Positions 1 through 12,078 of a DNA stretch of 52,018 nucleotides are shown here, piece after piece. The DNA lies in assembly GCA_002269645.1 (NCBI GenBank), contig NIVC01004277.1, positions 1 to 52,018 on the forward strand, in the 5' to 3' direction. The position numbers were made by a program, and so were the translations under genes. The DNA comes from Macrostomum lignano. Taxonomy: Eukaryota. The notes below the pieces were generated by a model. That model saw nothing but the letters and a program-made list of their open reading frames with translations, made no database searches and had not been told where the DNA came from. Numbering within the stretch: the stretch's first letter is position 1; each line of letters starts with the position of its first letter.

Positions 1-1145
1 CTCGCTATCTACCATAAAACTAAGTTTCACTGCAACAGGCTAAATAAAACGTTTCTGTAGTCTATGGCCGCTGCCTAAGCGGGGAATGAACTTTACTTAG
101 TGTATTTTGGTATGATATTAGCAAGGCTGCCAAAAAGTAACAAAACTGGACTCAAAATGAGAAGCAAACAACAGCATAAAAACAAAAACAATTTTTGGTT
201 GCAGAAAAAATATAAAATTGTCGATAAAAATTCTGCAAGAACAATACACATTAGATTAAAAATGTGCTGCAAAATTTAAGAAATCATCACTTTTCGACAA
301 TAGCAATGTAATTATTCATATTTAATTTGTTGTACAACATAGCTAGCTGTACCGAAATTATTAAATTCAACACATAGACACTTAATATTTATAGATATAA
401 ATATTTAGCTCAAGACACTAAGCGTAGGAAAGAAGCGATCCTTAGTTTAAAACACAGTTTAGAGCTAATTATAAAATTGATAATAGAAACGCCGATACGG
501 AAGCCAACAAAAGCAGTAAAACATAATTAAAATGATCTACTGGATTTGAAAATTGCTCTATAGGAAACACTTTTTACGATTATACTTGAATAGTGACTGG
601 TTACAAGCAATTTAAGCACTAAAATATTACATGATTAATTCAATAATTAGAATTTTTATCGTCAATATTGCTTTGGTCGATTAAGAGCTCATTCACACCG
701 CCATTAAACAACGCCAAGTTTCATGTCATTACAAAATTTGTACATTCTACATTAACTCCTTCTCAACATCAGTCGTGGAGTGCCGGCCATAAAAACAGCC
801 ATGATATCTGAGAGCTTGTGCACGATGTGCGCAGAAGTCAGCGGAATGGGCCTTACAGTCTGTAGGGACGAAATCACCGAAGGCGTTGCATTAGAGAGCC
901 CACGATCCCTTTATTACAGTGAATGACTGTAAACGCTTCATTTATGACAATATGATGACGGTGTGAAAAAATTATGGTGACAAGAAATCACTGTTTTAAT
1001 AAATAAAGTACGAATGTTTAGCTATTGGTCATCATTGATTAAAACTCAAAATTCTTGATGCAGTGCTGCATAACTGCAATTTTTTATCGGTAAAGTGGAC
1101 AGGAACATCCAACCTGAACATAAACAAATGTACAATAACATCGAT

Positions 1146-3043
1146 TCAAGGAGCACTGGGAGGCACACCCAGATACGGAGGTACTGAAGCCTGGGCGCCG
1201 CCAGAAGCGGCAGGATAGGCCGGCGGTGGTGCAGTCGGAGCCGCAGCTCCAGGAGCATAGACTGGACCTGCAGGATAGCCAGGCTGAGGGGCGCCAGGAT
1301 ATCCTGGACCCGATTGAGGCACACCGGGATACGGAGCACCAGGATATTGAGCTCCTCCTGGTTGAGTGCCAGGGTACGGAGCGCTTCCAGGAATTCCGGC
1401 ACCACCAGCAACTAACGGAGCGTCGTTGCGAACTCGAGGCGGACCAGCTCGAATTCCGCGACGCCTCATCCACTCGCACACCTGATTCGGAAGCTCCGCC
1501 AGTACCTCCTTCGCCAAGGCATACCTGCTGCGATCAATGCTGCCACCCTGAATGAAACGACGCAAAGGAACGAATTGGACGACATCTCTTTCGGCGATCA
1601 TCGACCCGCAGCGAAGTCGTTTGTCGTCGGAGTCGAGCTCCTCCATCGCAGAGAAGTCCTCGTCTCCGACACCAACTATGATTATGGACATCGGTAGAGA
1701 TGACGCCTTGATGATTGCCTGCTTCGTCTTCTCGAAGTCCGTGATGATTCCGTCAGTGATGATCAGCAGTACAAAGTACTGAGCTCCTGTCTGGTGAGCC
1801 GCAGCCATTGACGCTACGTGGTTGATCACGGGCGAAAAGTTTGTCGGGCCGTACAGTCGCACCGCTCTGATGCAAGACCGATAGGCCGCGAGAAGACCTG
1901 GCATTCCTGCGCAGTACGGGTTTTCGGGCTGCAGAGTCAGCGAGAACGCATCCTGAACTCCCGAGAACATTGGAGGCAACAGAGCTCCGAAGCCCAGTCC
2001 GGGAAACTGCTTGTCTGAGTCGTAGTCCTGCACAATCTCTCCTACCGAAATTATCGCCAGCTCGTACTGGTTCGGTCGGCCGTCGGCGCTCACGTGGTGC
2101 AGCGAGCGAGGGTCTCTGGGTCTCCGTTGCTGCCCGTGAAGTCGATTGCAACCGTGAAGTGCAGCTCAGTGCCGCCCTGAATGTAGTCGACGAACGAGTC
2201 GATGGTCTCGATTCCGATCTGGCTGAACACGATGGTTCCAGCCGACTTTTTCTTCTTGCTGATGAGGGTTCGTTGGGCGGAGCGGCTCCGGGCGACCTCC
2301 TGCTCCAAGCTCTCCAGACTGCTGTAAAAGCTGCCGATAAAATCGTGCGACCCGTCGCTGTCGTAGTCGTGGCAGTCGAAGCGAAGTAGCAGCTGCCTGT
2401 TTCCGCGGCACAAACGGTTCAGTGGAACCAAAAATTTGGCCCATCGCGGGTTCAAATTGTTCTTGATTACTTCGGTACGATGTACAAGTGTCCAATGTCG
2501 GACTTTATTGACTTCATTTTCACTCGTAATTTCCTCCATTGGCTGATAAATTTCAAGGTAAGGATCGGATTTTCCAAGAAAGTCTTTTTTGTCAAGCTTT
2601 TTTCCTTCGGCAATGAAACTGACTATTTGTTTGCACTCTTGAAGCTCGAAACACGTGATTATAATTGTGGACTTCTTGTGTCCAGTTTTGGACAAAGTAG
2701 TTTCGAATCGACGTCGGCTTACAAGCTCGCCGATCGAAGTCTCCAACTCGCCGAGAAAGTCGTGTTCAGACAGTCGAGCACTCGGACTGTCCAAGTCGTA
2801 AATTTGAAACTTCACCAGCTGACGCTCCTCGAACATGAAGTCGACAATGAACCGATGGCTGAATTCGGGATCAAGCGTGTTGTTCAGCTTTTCAGTTCTG
2901 CCGATTTCTTGAAAATTAGAAGTTCCCGGCTGGCGCAGGAACAGGACGCACTGGGGATCTGACTTGGAGGTGACGTCGCGGTCAGGCAGATTTCTGCAGG
3001 ACACGCTGATCTCAACGCGACTGGTGAGGCTTGGGCCGGACAT
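1146..3043 (-). CDS. CPNE: Copine (C2A-C2B-vWA) with Gly/Pro/Tyr-rich tail, copy 1; intronless CDS, ~632 aa once a 1-bp deletion at 2118-2120 is restored
   Basis: ORFs 2090-3052 and 1146-2093 join into a copine: C2 motifs (SKSDP, LDKKDFLGKSDPY, DYDSDGSHDFIG), AIDFTGSNG, and vWA motifs LLIITDG and SIIIVGVG. ATG at 3043 (MSGPSLTSRVEI) aligns with the copy 2 start (MAAPQLTSRVEI). GGG at 2118-2120 is GGGG in copy 2 (6669-6672). Confidence 0.93.
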
Positions 3044-4191
3044 CAGGAACAAGTTAGTACCGATTAAACTCGATTCGGTTTAATACAGATTACCGCCCGT
3101 GTAATTAGTGTAGCTTTACTTTACTTGCATAGAAAAATGTCACCCTCATAATGCTACAATCGATGAGCAAAGTAAACATCCTGCCCTAAAATAGGTTTGC
3201 TGTTATCGTACTTTACTCGTTCAGGATCTGAAGAATGAGATTATATGCCTATGCAAGAGGCCATTGGCAATGAACTAATCTTAGTAATTACGACCTAGTT
3301 CTAGATTAGGCATGCAAACTTGGCTGAAGTTACTATTTTAGAAAGATTAACTGGAATGTTGTCAAGAAGCAGTAAATGATTTATTAACTAATAATTTTAT
3401 CGTACTTTTGCACAATTCCATAAGGAACAATTTAAATATTTGGAAAATCAGCACTTTTTGAATAAGCGAGATTTTTTTAGGCCTTGATCAAGTAATATAA
3501 CGAAGCAAAAATATAATGAATATACAATTTCATTATTTAGCTTGACGGCAATGTCGGAATAGCAGACGTACCGGTAGGTATTCAAAACCAGTAAATATTA
3601 ATTTCGTGGATACATGATTTAAAAACATACAATTGCGGCAAAATTGGATTGGCAAATAGTAGCAGTATAAATAGAGTGGGAAAAGTATTTTAATTAAAGT
3701 ACAAAACAGTTCACGTCCTATCCATCGGATGCATTAATCCTCTCTTGTGGAAAGCAAAAGCAGAATAACTATTTAGTAACAAGAATTATATTTTCATAAC
3801 TACTGACGCGCAGTACTTTAAATTACGATTTCCAATATCATTCTATAGAAAAATTAATAATTTCGATAATTCCGTCAGACAGTAAATTAGGCCCTTTTAT
3901 TGCCTCTACTAGTAATACAAATTAAAGCCAGCTTAGATCATTAACAGCTAGCAGAAACTCTGCCGATTACAATAGAAAACCAGTTTGAATCTTTTTTAGG
4001 CATCTCAACTTTATGACAATTTGGTTAGGATGCATTCGAGTTGCTGATACTGGCATAGAATTTCTATTCCTTTCAGTGTGGCCATAGATAAGTGAAACAA
4101 GCGGGGAATAATGTATCGGTATTTATTCCCCACTACTCAGGCCTGGCCATAGACTATAGGAATGTATTCCTTCGGCCTGGCGCAATAAAAC

Positions 4192-4889
4192 CAAGGACGA
4201 CTTAAGTAGAAGGACGGGAAACCTCGTTTCTTAGAAAATTTTTGAAGGCACTTTTTTTCCGAAAAAATACACTGCGGAGATAGGAAATTTTCATTTTTTC
4301 AGCACAAAAATTGCTATTACTTTTGATAGGAGGCAGATCCAGTGTTCATCTTTTGATATGTTGTGCCTTTTTTATTGCTCTATCGATATTTATAAGGCTT
4401 TTCGTTCAGAAAATTAGATTTCTATGTTAATTTTTCATTCTACGTATATTTCCTGTACCTGAAAATCACAATAATGCATGACACAGCTCCAATATTTGGT
4501 TTTATGAATCTATTTTATCATCTCTGTTACGAATATTTGCTACACAGTCAGTTAAGAATGACAAAATAGACTTATGAAACCAAAGAGCCGAGCCGTGGCA
4601 GTCTAATGTATTTCAAGCACAAGACGCGCGAAAATATACGTAAAATAAAAAATTAACATAGAAATCTAATTTTCTGAACGGAAAGCTTCATAAATATCGA
4701 TAGAGCAATAAAAAAGGCACAACATATCAAAAGATGAACACTGGATCTGCCTCCTATCAAAAGTAATAGCAATTTTTGTGCTGAAAAATGAAAATTTCCT
4801 ATCTCCGCAGTGTATTTTTTCGGAAAAAAGTGCCTTCAAAAATTTTCTAAGAAACGAGGTTTCCCGTCCTTCTACTTAAGTCGTCCTTG
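4192..4889. mobile_element. MITE / non-autonomous DNA transposon with ~260-bp terminal inverted repeats
   Basis: 4192-4451 is the reverse complement of 4632-4889 apart from a few substitutions and homopolymer differences. Termini are CAAGG...CCTTG. Flanking 8-mers AATAAAAC (4184-4191) and AATGAAAC (4890-4897) match 7/8, consistent with a TSD. No internal ORF. Confidence 0.85.
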
Positions 4890-5426
4890 AATGAAACTCC
4901 AATAAATATGTTTCTATAGTCTATGGCCGGGCCCAAGTGGGAAATAATAAACATTATAAGCTAGTATATGCTACTTAAACGCACTATAGTTTAATTTATT
5001 CAGAGGAAAAAGCTGTCTATGGTTGCAACTGAGGGCTTCACCCTCACACCAAATACTGGCCCCACACCGACTGTCGCAATGGCAGTGTGACTTAGGCATA
5101 AATGTCTATGACACCATATTAATAGGATAGCCATAGCAACTCTTGACTCCAAAACAAAATGATAAAAAAATGAAAAAGCCATTAAAAGCTACAAATTCAA
5201 TGCACATGGGTAGGCTGGATGATAAATAAGAGCATTAAAACAATACTGAAAAATCAACGCATCGAATTCCTTTAAACGAAATAAATTAAAGAGTAATTAC
5301 AACAGCAGACGTATTGTTTTTTTAAATGAGGAGATTACAAGACAATTCAAGACAAATAGAGCTAGCCATCAATGTTTTATATCAAATTTATACAGCAGAC
5401 AGCAAGACTCGCAAAAAATCGTCTGT

Positions 5427-7592
5427 TTAAGGAGCACTGGGCTGCGTCCCTCCGGCTACAGAGTAATTTTGAGCCAAGTGGCCATAGCCGGCTTGACGAG
5501 AGCTCACTTGAATACCGGGGTAATTTGCGGCGCCATACTGGCCTGGACCAGTAGGATATCCTCCAACATTTTGATAAGCACCAGGATACCCTGCGCCACC
5601 AGTAGGGCACCAGGATACCCTGCGCCACCCGCATGGGCACCAGGATACCCTGCGCCACCCGTAGGGGCACCAGGATACCCTGCGCCACCCGCATGGGCAC
5701 CAGGATACCCTGCGCCACCCGTAGGGGCACCAGGATACCCTGCGCCACCCGCAGGGGCACCAGGATACCCTGCGCGACCCGCAGGGGCACCAGGATACCC
5801 TGCGCCACCCGCAGGGGCACCAGGATACCCTGCGCCACCCGTAGGGACACCAGGATACCCTGCGCCACCCGTAGGGCACCAGGATAAGAAGGAGCTGAAG
5901 CAGGAGAGCCATCAGTACCTGGTGCGGCAGTAAATGAGGATGGGGCAACAGGGCCTGACGCTGGAACATTTGAATCAGATCGCACTTTAGGCGGACCAGC
6001 TCGAATTCCGCGACGCCTCATCCACTCGCACACCTGATTCGGAAGCTCCGCCAGTACCTCCTTCGCCAAGGCATACCTGCTGCGATCAATGTTGCCACCC
6101 TGAATGAAACGACGCAAAGGAACGAATTGGACGACATCTCTTTCGGCGATCATCGACCGCAACGAAGTCGTTTGTCATCGGAGTCGAGCTCCTCCATCGC
6201 AGAGAAGTCCTCGTCTCCGACACCAACTATGATTATGGACATCGGTAGAGATGACGCCTTGATGATTGCCTGCTTCGTCTTCTCGAAGTCCGTGATGATT
6301 CCGTCAGTGATGATCAGCAGTACAAAGTACTGAGCTCCTGTCTGGTGAGCCGCAGCCATTGACGCTACGTGGTTGATCACGGGCGAAAAGTTTGTCGGGC
6401 CGTACAGTCGCACCGCTCTGATGCAAGACCGATAGGCCGCGAGAAGACCTGGCATTCCTGCGCAGTACGGGTTTTCGGGCTGCAGAGTCAGCGAGAACGC
6501 ATCCTGAACTCCCGAGAACATTGGAGGCAACAGAGCTCCGAAGCCCAGTCCGGGAAACTGCTTGTCTGAGTCGTAGTCCTGCACAATCTCTCCTACCGAA
6601 ATTATCGCCAGCTCGTACTGGTTCGGTCGGCCGTCGGCGCTCACGTGGTGCAGCGAGCGAGGGTCTCTGGGGTCTCCGTTGCTGCCCGTGAAGTCGATTG
6701 CAACCGTGAAGTGCAGCTCAGTGCCGCCCTGAATGTAGTCGACGAACGAGTCGATGGTCTCGATTCCGATCTGGCTGAACACGATGGTTCCAGCCGACTT
6801 TTTCTTCTTGCTGATGAGGGTTCGTTGGGCGGAGCGGCTCCGGGCGACCTCCTGCTCCAAGCTCTCCAGACTGCTGTAAAAGCTGCCGATAAAATCGTGC
6901 GACCCGTCGCTGTCGTAGTCGTGGCAGTCGAAGCGAAGTAGCAGCTGCCTGTTTCCGCGGCACAAACGGTTCAGTGGAATCGAGAATGGAGCCCATTTTG
7001 GGTTTAAATTCTTTTTAATGAATTCGGTTCTGTGCACCAAGACCCAACTGCGAACTCTGGGTACTTCTGATTCAGTTTGTATTTCATCCATCGGCTGATA
7101 AATCTCCAGAAAAGGGTCAGACTTGCCAAAGAAGTCTTTCTTGTCAAGTTTGACGCCTTCGACGCGAAAATTGGCAATTAGTTTGCACTCCTGAAGCTCC
7201 AAGCAGGTCAGTATAATGAGAGATTTTTTTGTACTGCCAGTCTTGGTCAAAGCCGCCTCGTACTGTCGCCGACTGACAAGTTCACCAACAGTGGTCTCAA
7301 GTTCGCCTAAAAAGTCATGGTCCTGCAGGGCTGCGCGCGAGCTGTCAACATCGTAGAGCCGAAAAATGACTACCTGTCTTTCCTCGAAGCAGAAGTCTAC
7401 TTGAAACTTGTGATTGAATTGCGGGTTTAGGGTGTTCTGTATGCATTCAGTGCGACCAAATTCATGCGTTGATGTTGGCGTTTTCATGAACAGGACACAC
7501 ATTGGATCAGATTTGGACATGACATCACGATCTGGCAAGTTCTTGCAAGAGACAATGATCTCCACCCTGCTAGTGAGCTGAGGAGCTGCCAT
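5427..7592 (-). CDS. CPNE: Copine copy 2 with (GAPxGGAGYP)x10 tail; intronless CDS, ~722 aa once three 1-bp deletions (6157-6158, ~5876, ~5605) are restored
   Basis: ORF 6150-7592 covers C2A, C2B and most of vWA. It continues in the 5377-6162 frame (SMIAERDVVQFVP), passes through the 30-bp repeat and ends QPSAP* at 5427, matching the copy 1 ending PPSAP*. CC at 6157-6158 is CCC in copy 1 (1605-1607). Confidence 0.92.
5582..5886 (-). repeat. Coding 30-bp minisatellite, 10 units (GAPTGGAGYP-type), in the copine 2 tail
   Basis: Units CAGGATACCCTGCGCCACCCGyAGGGGCAC start at 5582, 5611, 5641 ... 5851. The first and last units are 29 nt. Confidence 0.95.
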
Positions 7593-8175
7593 GTCTGTGA
7601 ATGTTCATAAATTGTAGCAACTTATTATTATTTTACTAGCCTATAGTAGAGAAATTTAACAAGATCAAAAATGTTTTGAAAAAATCAGGAAAACTATGCA
7701 TTTATGATGTGTTGAGTGCATGCTTAGGGATTAGTGGAATATGTATCTAGCTACTAATTTTTTGACCAGCTATGGCTAATATGTCTATATTGTAACATTG
7801 ATTTATTATTAACTTAAAGACCCTAACTAACCTAAATTTGAGCTAACAACAGAAAAGGATTTCAATTAGTTGCAAAGCTATAAATATGATCAATTTGTTA
7901 CTAAAATGAACATATATTCATTGGTATTATATATAGGGTTAATATTTATACTTAAAAACTTCAAAGATAGCCAAGTCCCAACTGTATATATGCTAAGTAA
8001 TAGCCTACTGAAAGAATATAATATCCTATTCATAGGCAAGTTCTAGCTAGTGCTATCATAAACCAACTATAACAATATATATGCAAGCCTAATTCTAGTC
8101 TTAATATATACAAGAGGTTTAATCTTATGCATAAGACTAAAATTATATGGCTAGATAATAAAATAAATATTTTAA

Positions 8176-8206
<31 letters not shown>

Positions 8207-8207
8207 A
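8176..8207. repeat. (TAAA)n microsatellite
   Basis: About 8 tandem TAAA units. Confidence 0.85.
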
Positions 8208-11200
8208 TTTATTTATCTTTTGGCACGAATTTGAATTTAAAAAACAATACTAGATATAGGCCTATGGCATACTAAACCAAAGTTTTTTATCAATTGATTT
8301 TATAAATATAAGTTTATATAAAAATGCTAATTAAAAACAACCTAGACCTAGACCCTAATGATAATATATGTAGAATATAAAGTAATAATTTATAATAGAA
8401 TTAATAATAGAAACAATTTAAGGCAATTTATTTATACATTAAAGTCAATTAGGCTAAGCTAAAACATAAAAATTTATTTTAGTCTGAGTAATATTCCTAA
8501 GCAAATATAAACAAAAAATATAAGGTCTTTATAATAAACTATATAAAGTTAATAGACACTTCAAAAAGCATTTAGCATTAGATAGGGCCTAGGGGCCTAT
8601 ACAGTATAAATAAAAAGTTTATTATCAACTTCCAATTAGCTAAGCCCAAAAGGTATAGAAGTGAAGAACGCTGTTTTAAAAATTTGATTCAAGTTGCATT
8701 TAGATTTAGGCTTATTAAGCCATTAGTATTGAAATTGCCAAATGTTAGGCTTAGACATAGCTAGGCTTAAGTAAGGATTTGAAATCTAGTCTATGAATCT
8801 ATCAATTGTTTTTTAATAAAAATAATGTAAATTTACTTAATTTTCATTGGCTAGCCTACACTACACATAATTTCTTTCTTTTCCTATTATTTATGGGCGT
8901 CAGTTTTAATGACACTGTAATTTTATTAGAATGGTCTTTATGCAGTATGCAGCCAGTACTACTATTGCCATAATTATTGCTACAAGGAATAGTCCTGGCT
9001 AGTGACATTAGAAGAAATAAGTACTCGTAAAATAAAACACTTTACTTAGGTTAACTAATTTGAAGTTAGAGTGAAGTTATAGAAGTTATAGAATCATTGT
9101 GGCCATAGGCCTATTATCCTAGGGGCTAGGCCTAAAACGCTTTAATAAATTACTTGCCCTAAGGGTGCCCTAATGCTTAGGCCCTATCTTGAAAGCATTA
9201 CCTAGTACTAGTAGGTCACTAGGGCTATCACATGTGATGTGTGTATGTAATAGTTTTAAAAATCAATGCAAGGACCCATGTTAAAAATGCCGTTTGTACA
9301 CACTGTATCAACTTAAACTAAATATTATAAACTATACTATATCATTGGTTTGATTTAAATAACGATTAATATTGCTGTATTTAGCAAAAAATTATTTATT
9401 AAATATTAATTTTTGAACCATAGTCCTCTAAAGTTTAATGTTTCGTGTATCGTGCTAACTAGCTTCCCAGTCCAGGACTACTCAAGCAGAGGACAGGACA
9501 CTTGGAAAATATTAGGAGGCAGGTTTTACCGAAAAAATATATTACGGAGTTGCGATTAATCGAATTATTATTAGTTGCCAAGTTCAGGGCCAAGAATTCA
9601 ACAGGGCATTACCGCGTACCTGCATTCTAATCTTGCCAGCTCTGCCTATTTTCTCATCTGCCATTGAATCGTGGCATGAAGTGTGAGTAGAGATTGCGCC
9701 TGTCACAGGGGATGGAATAGAAGCTGAGGATCAGAGTGCAAAATTACCGAGTATGATCGCCGAGTACATCCAAATATAATGATCATAACAGTGTAACGTA
9801 TTTCGAAGTACATAAGTGTACTATTCGAGCCCCATCACATGTACATGAAGTAGGAAAAGACATTAGAAAGACGTTATCTATTATCTACCTTTGTGATCCT
9901 GGGCTTGAGGGAATTGTAGCCTAGAATCGCCAACCAACTATAAATGGGGATCATTTTATATCCAATTAAAGTCCTCGTTCACAACACTGTCTATAACTGT
10001 CCCTTATGTGTGGCGTTTATTCGCGACCTGGCCTTGAGGCGCGCCTTGTGATGCTGAACGCGTATTCTGTTGTTGTTGCTGTACTTGAAGATGAGCAGTT
10101 AACTGCTTCCAATAAGAAATACTGCCATACTGTGACAAATAACTATATAGTTCTTATCGATCTGTATAGTGTATTTTTAGGAAATTTAACCAAATATTTT
10201 CTTAGAAACGAAGTTTTATTTCCCGTCTTTCTGCACTTATATTTTGTCCTTGTGTAAGTACACTGTAATGTGCATCAAATATGTGCACCAGTTGAGCTGC
10301 TGCTGACGTTACATGTACGTCCTACTCGTGAAAAGCTATATGATCGTAGCTCTGAAAAATCCAATTGTGACTTGACTTGGATCATTTGTTGTGGTATATA
10401 ATTGTAGAATGCACTGTACATGTATATATAGAAGTAGTTCTTCTTACGCGGGATGCTTAGGCATGATGTAGGACGCATGCTGGCCGTAAGTGGTTCGTAA
10501 GCCGGAGGTACATGTAGCGGGGGCGTAATCTGGGAAGAAAATGTTATAGCGTGTTCACGCCCAAAAGCATTCCACTTTATGTTCTTAGAACGCGTCATGT
10601 AAGTCCACTCGCTGTACTGCTTCTAGCTCGTAGCCTGCCCTCCGCTCGTTTTCAAACATAATAGAACGTTGCCTTGCTACTATGACTATAGTAGCCGTCT
10701 ATACAAATATATTGAGTTTCCTGTTGGCACAACCGGTGTATTCTAAAGTCACAACAGAAACAAAATGACATGAAAAAACGGCCCAGTTGCTAAGACGTCT
10801 CAAAATTATCCATTTTCTAAAAGGAAATTCTGTTTCTGATTTTTAGTAGCTGCTCAATGATTCAGAATATTTAGAAAAAAAACGCCCTGTCTGTATAAAT
10901 GTACATGTGCATATTTGTCCATAGTGCGCTGAATTTTGGGCAGAGACTCGATTGTATTTTACGGAGTCTGCCTCGAGACAGACGGATGTCTGGAGTTTGA
11001 GCACAGTGCACATGAACTCGTAGCTTGCACTCTGCTTTATTATGGTGTGTTAAATTATATTAAAAAAGTTTTTATTGGATTTTTTATTAAAATTCAATAT
11101 TTTGTCCTTACATTTTGAATTATAAGTGAACGCGAAACGAGATTCCCGACTCACCCTCTGCATCAGAAATAACGGATAGCTGGATATCCGCGAGAGGGCT

Positions 11201-11528
11201 TTTGCTTAAATGTCTGGTATTAGATTTATTATTCAATAATTTGAATTACTGTGCGAATCTTACAGAATTTGAGCAGCGAGGTGAGACAACCAATTGCTGC
11301 ATGCTTTGTGGCCAGCGAATTTTTTGCGTATATTTCAGCTGTAGCCATGGCTGCTGAATGTCAAAATGGAAGGCAAAAAATAGCTGGAATATTTCTTATA
11401 CGTTGGTTTAATTTAATTTTTCTTACGCTTCTTACAAAACGCTTCTTAAAGTCCATGCAAATGCTAACGGTACGATAGCAGGTTTCAACAAAAGTACCAT
11501 TTGTACCATTTTAATAAAAATATGTCCC

Positions 11529-12078
11529 TTGGGGGGCGCCCCTGTCTCTTGGTGAGCGCCCCCGTCTCTTGGTGGTCTCCCCTGTCTCGTGGTGGGCGCC
11601 CCTGTCTCTTGGGGGGCGCCCCTGTCTCTTGGTGAGCGCCCCCGTCTCTTGGTGGTCTCCCCTGTCTCGTGGTGGGCGCCCCTGTCTCTTGGGGGCGCCC
11701 CTGTCTCTTGGTGGCCGCCCCTGTCTCGTGGTGGTCTCCCCTGTCTCTTGGGGGGCGCCCCTGTCTCTTGGTAGTCGCCCCTGTCTCTTGGTGGTCGCCC
11801 CTGTCTCTTGGGGGGCGCCCCTGTCTCTTGGTGGTCTCCCCTGTCTCGTGGTGGTCTCCCCTGTCTTTTGGGGGTGCCCCTGTCTCTTGGTAGTCGCCCC
11901 TGTAACTTGGTGGTCGCCCCTGTCACTTGGTGGTCGCCCCTGTCACTTGGTGGTCGCCCCTGTCACTTGGTGGTCGCCCCTGTCACTTGGTGGTCGCCCC
12001 TGTCACTTGGTGGTCGCCCCTGTCTCGTGGTGGGCGCCCCTGTCTCTTGGTAGTCGCCCCTGTCTCTTGGTGGTCACC
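11529..12078. repeat. 20-bp minisatellite (GGTGGTCGCCCCTGTCTCTT), ~27 units
   Basis: Direct reading. It includes an exact 80-bp four-unit duplication, 11531-11610 = 11611-11690. Confidence 0.95.

Noticed and set aside
2118-6158. Programmed ribosomal frameshifting in the copines
   Set aside because: The shifts are at different sites in the two paralogues, lack slippery heptamers, and are corrected by the other copy.
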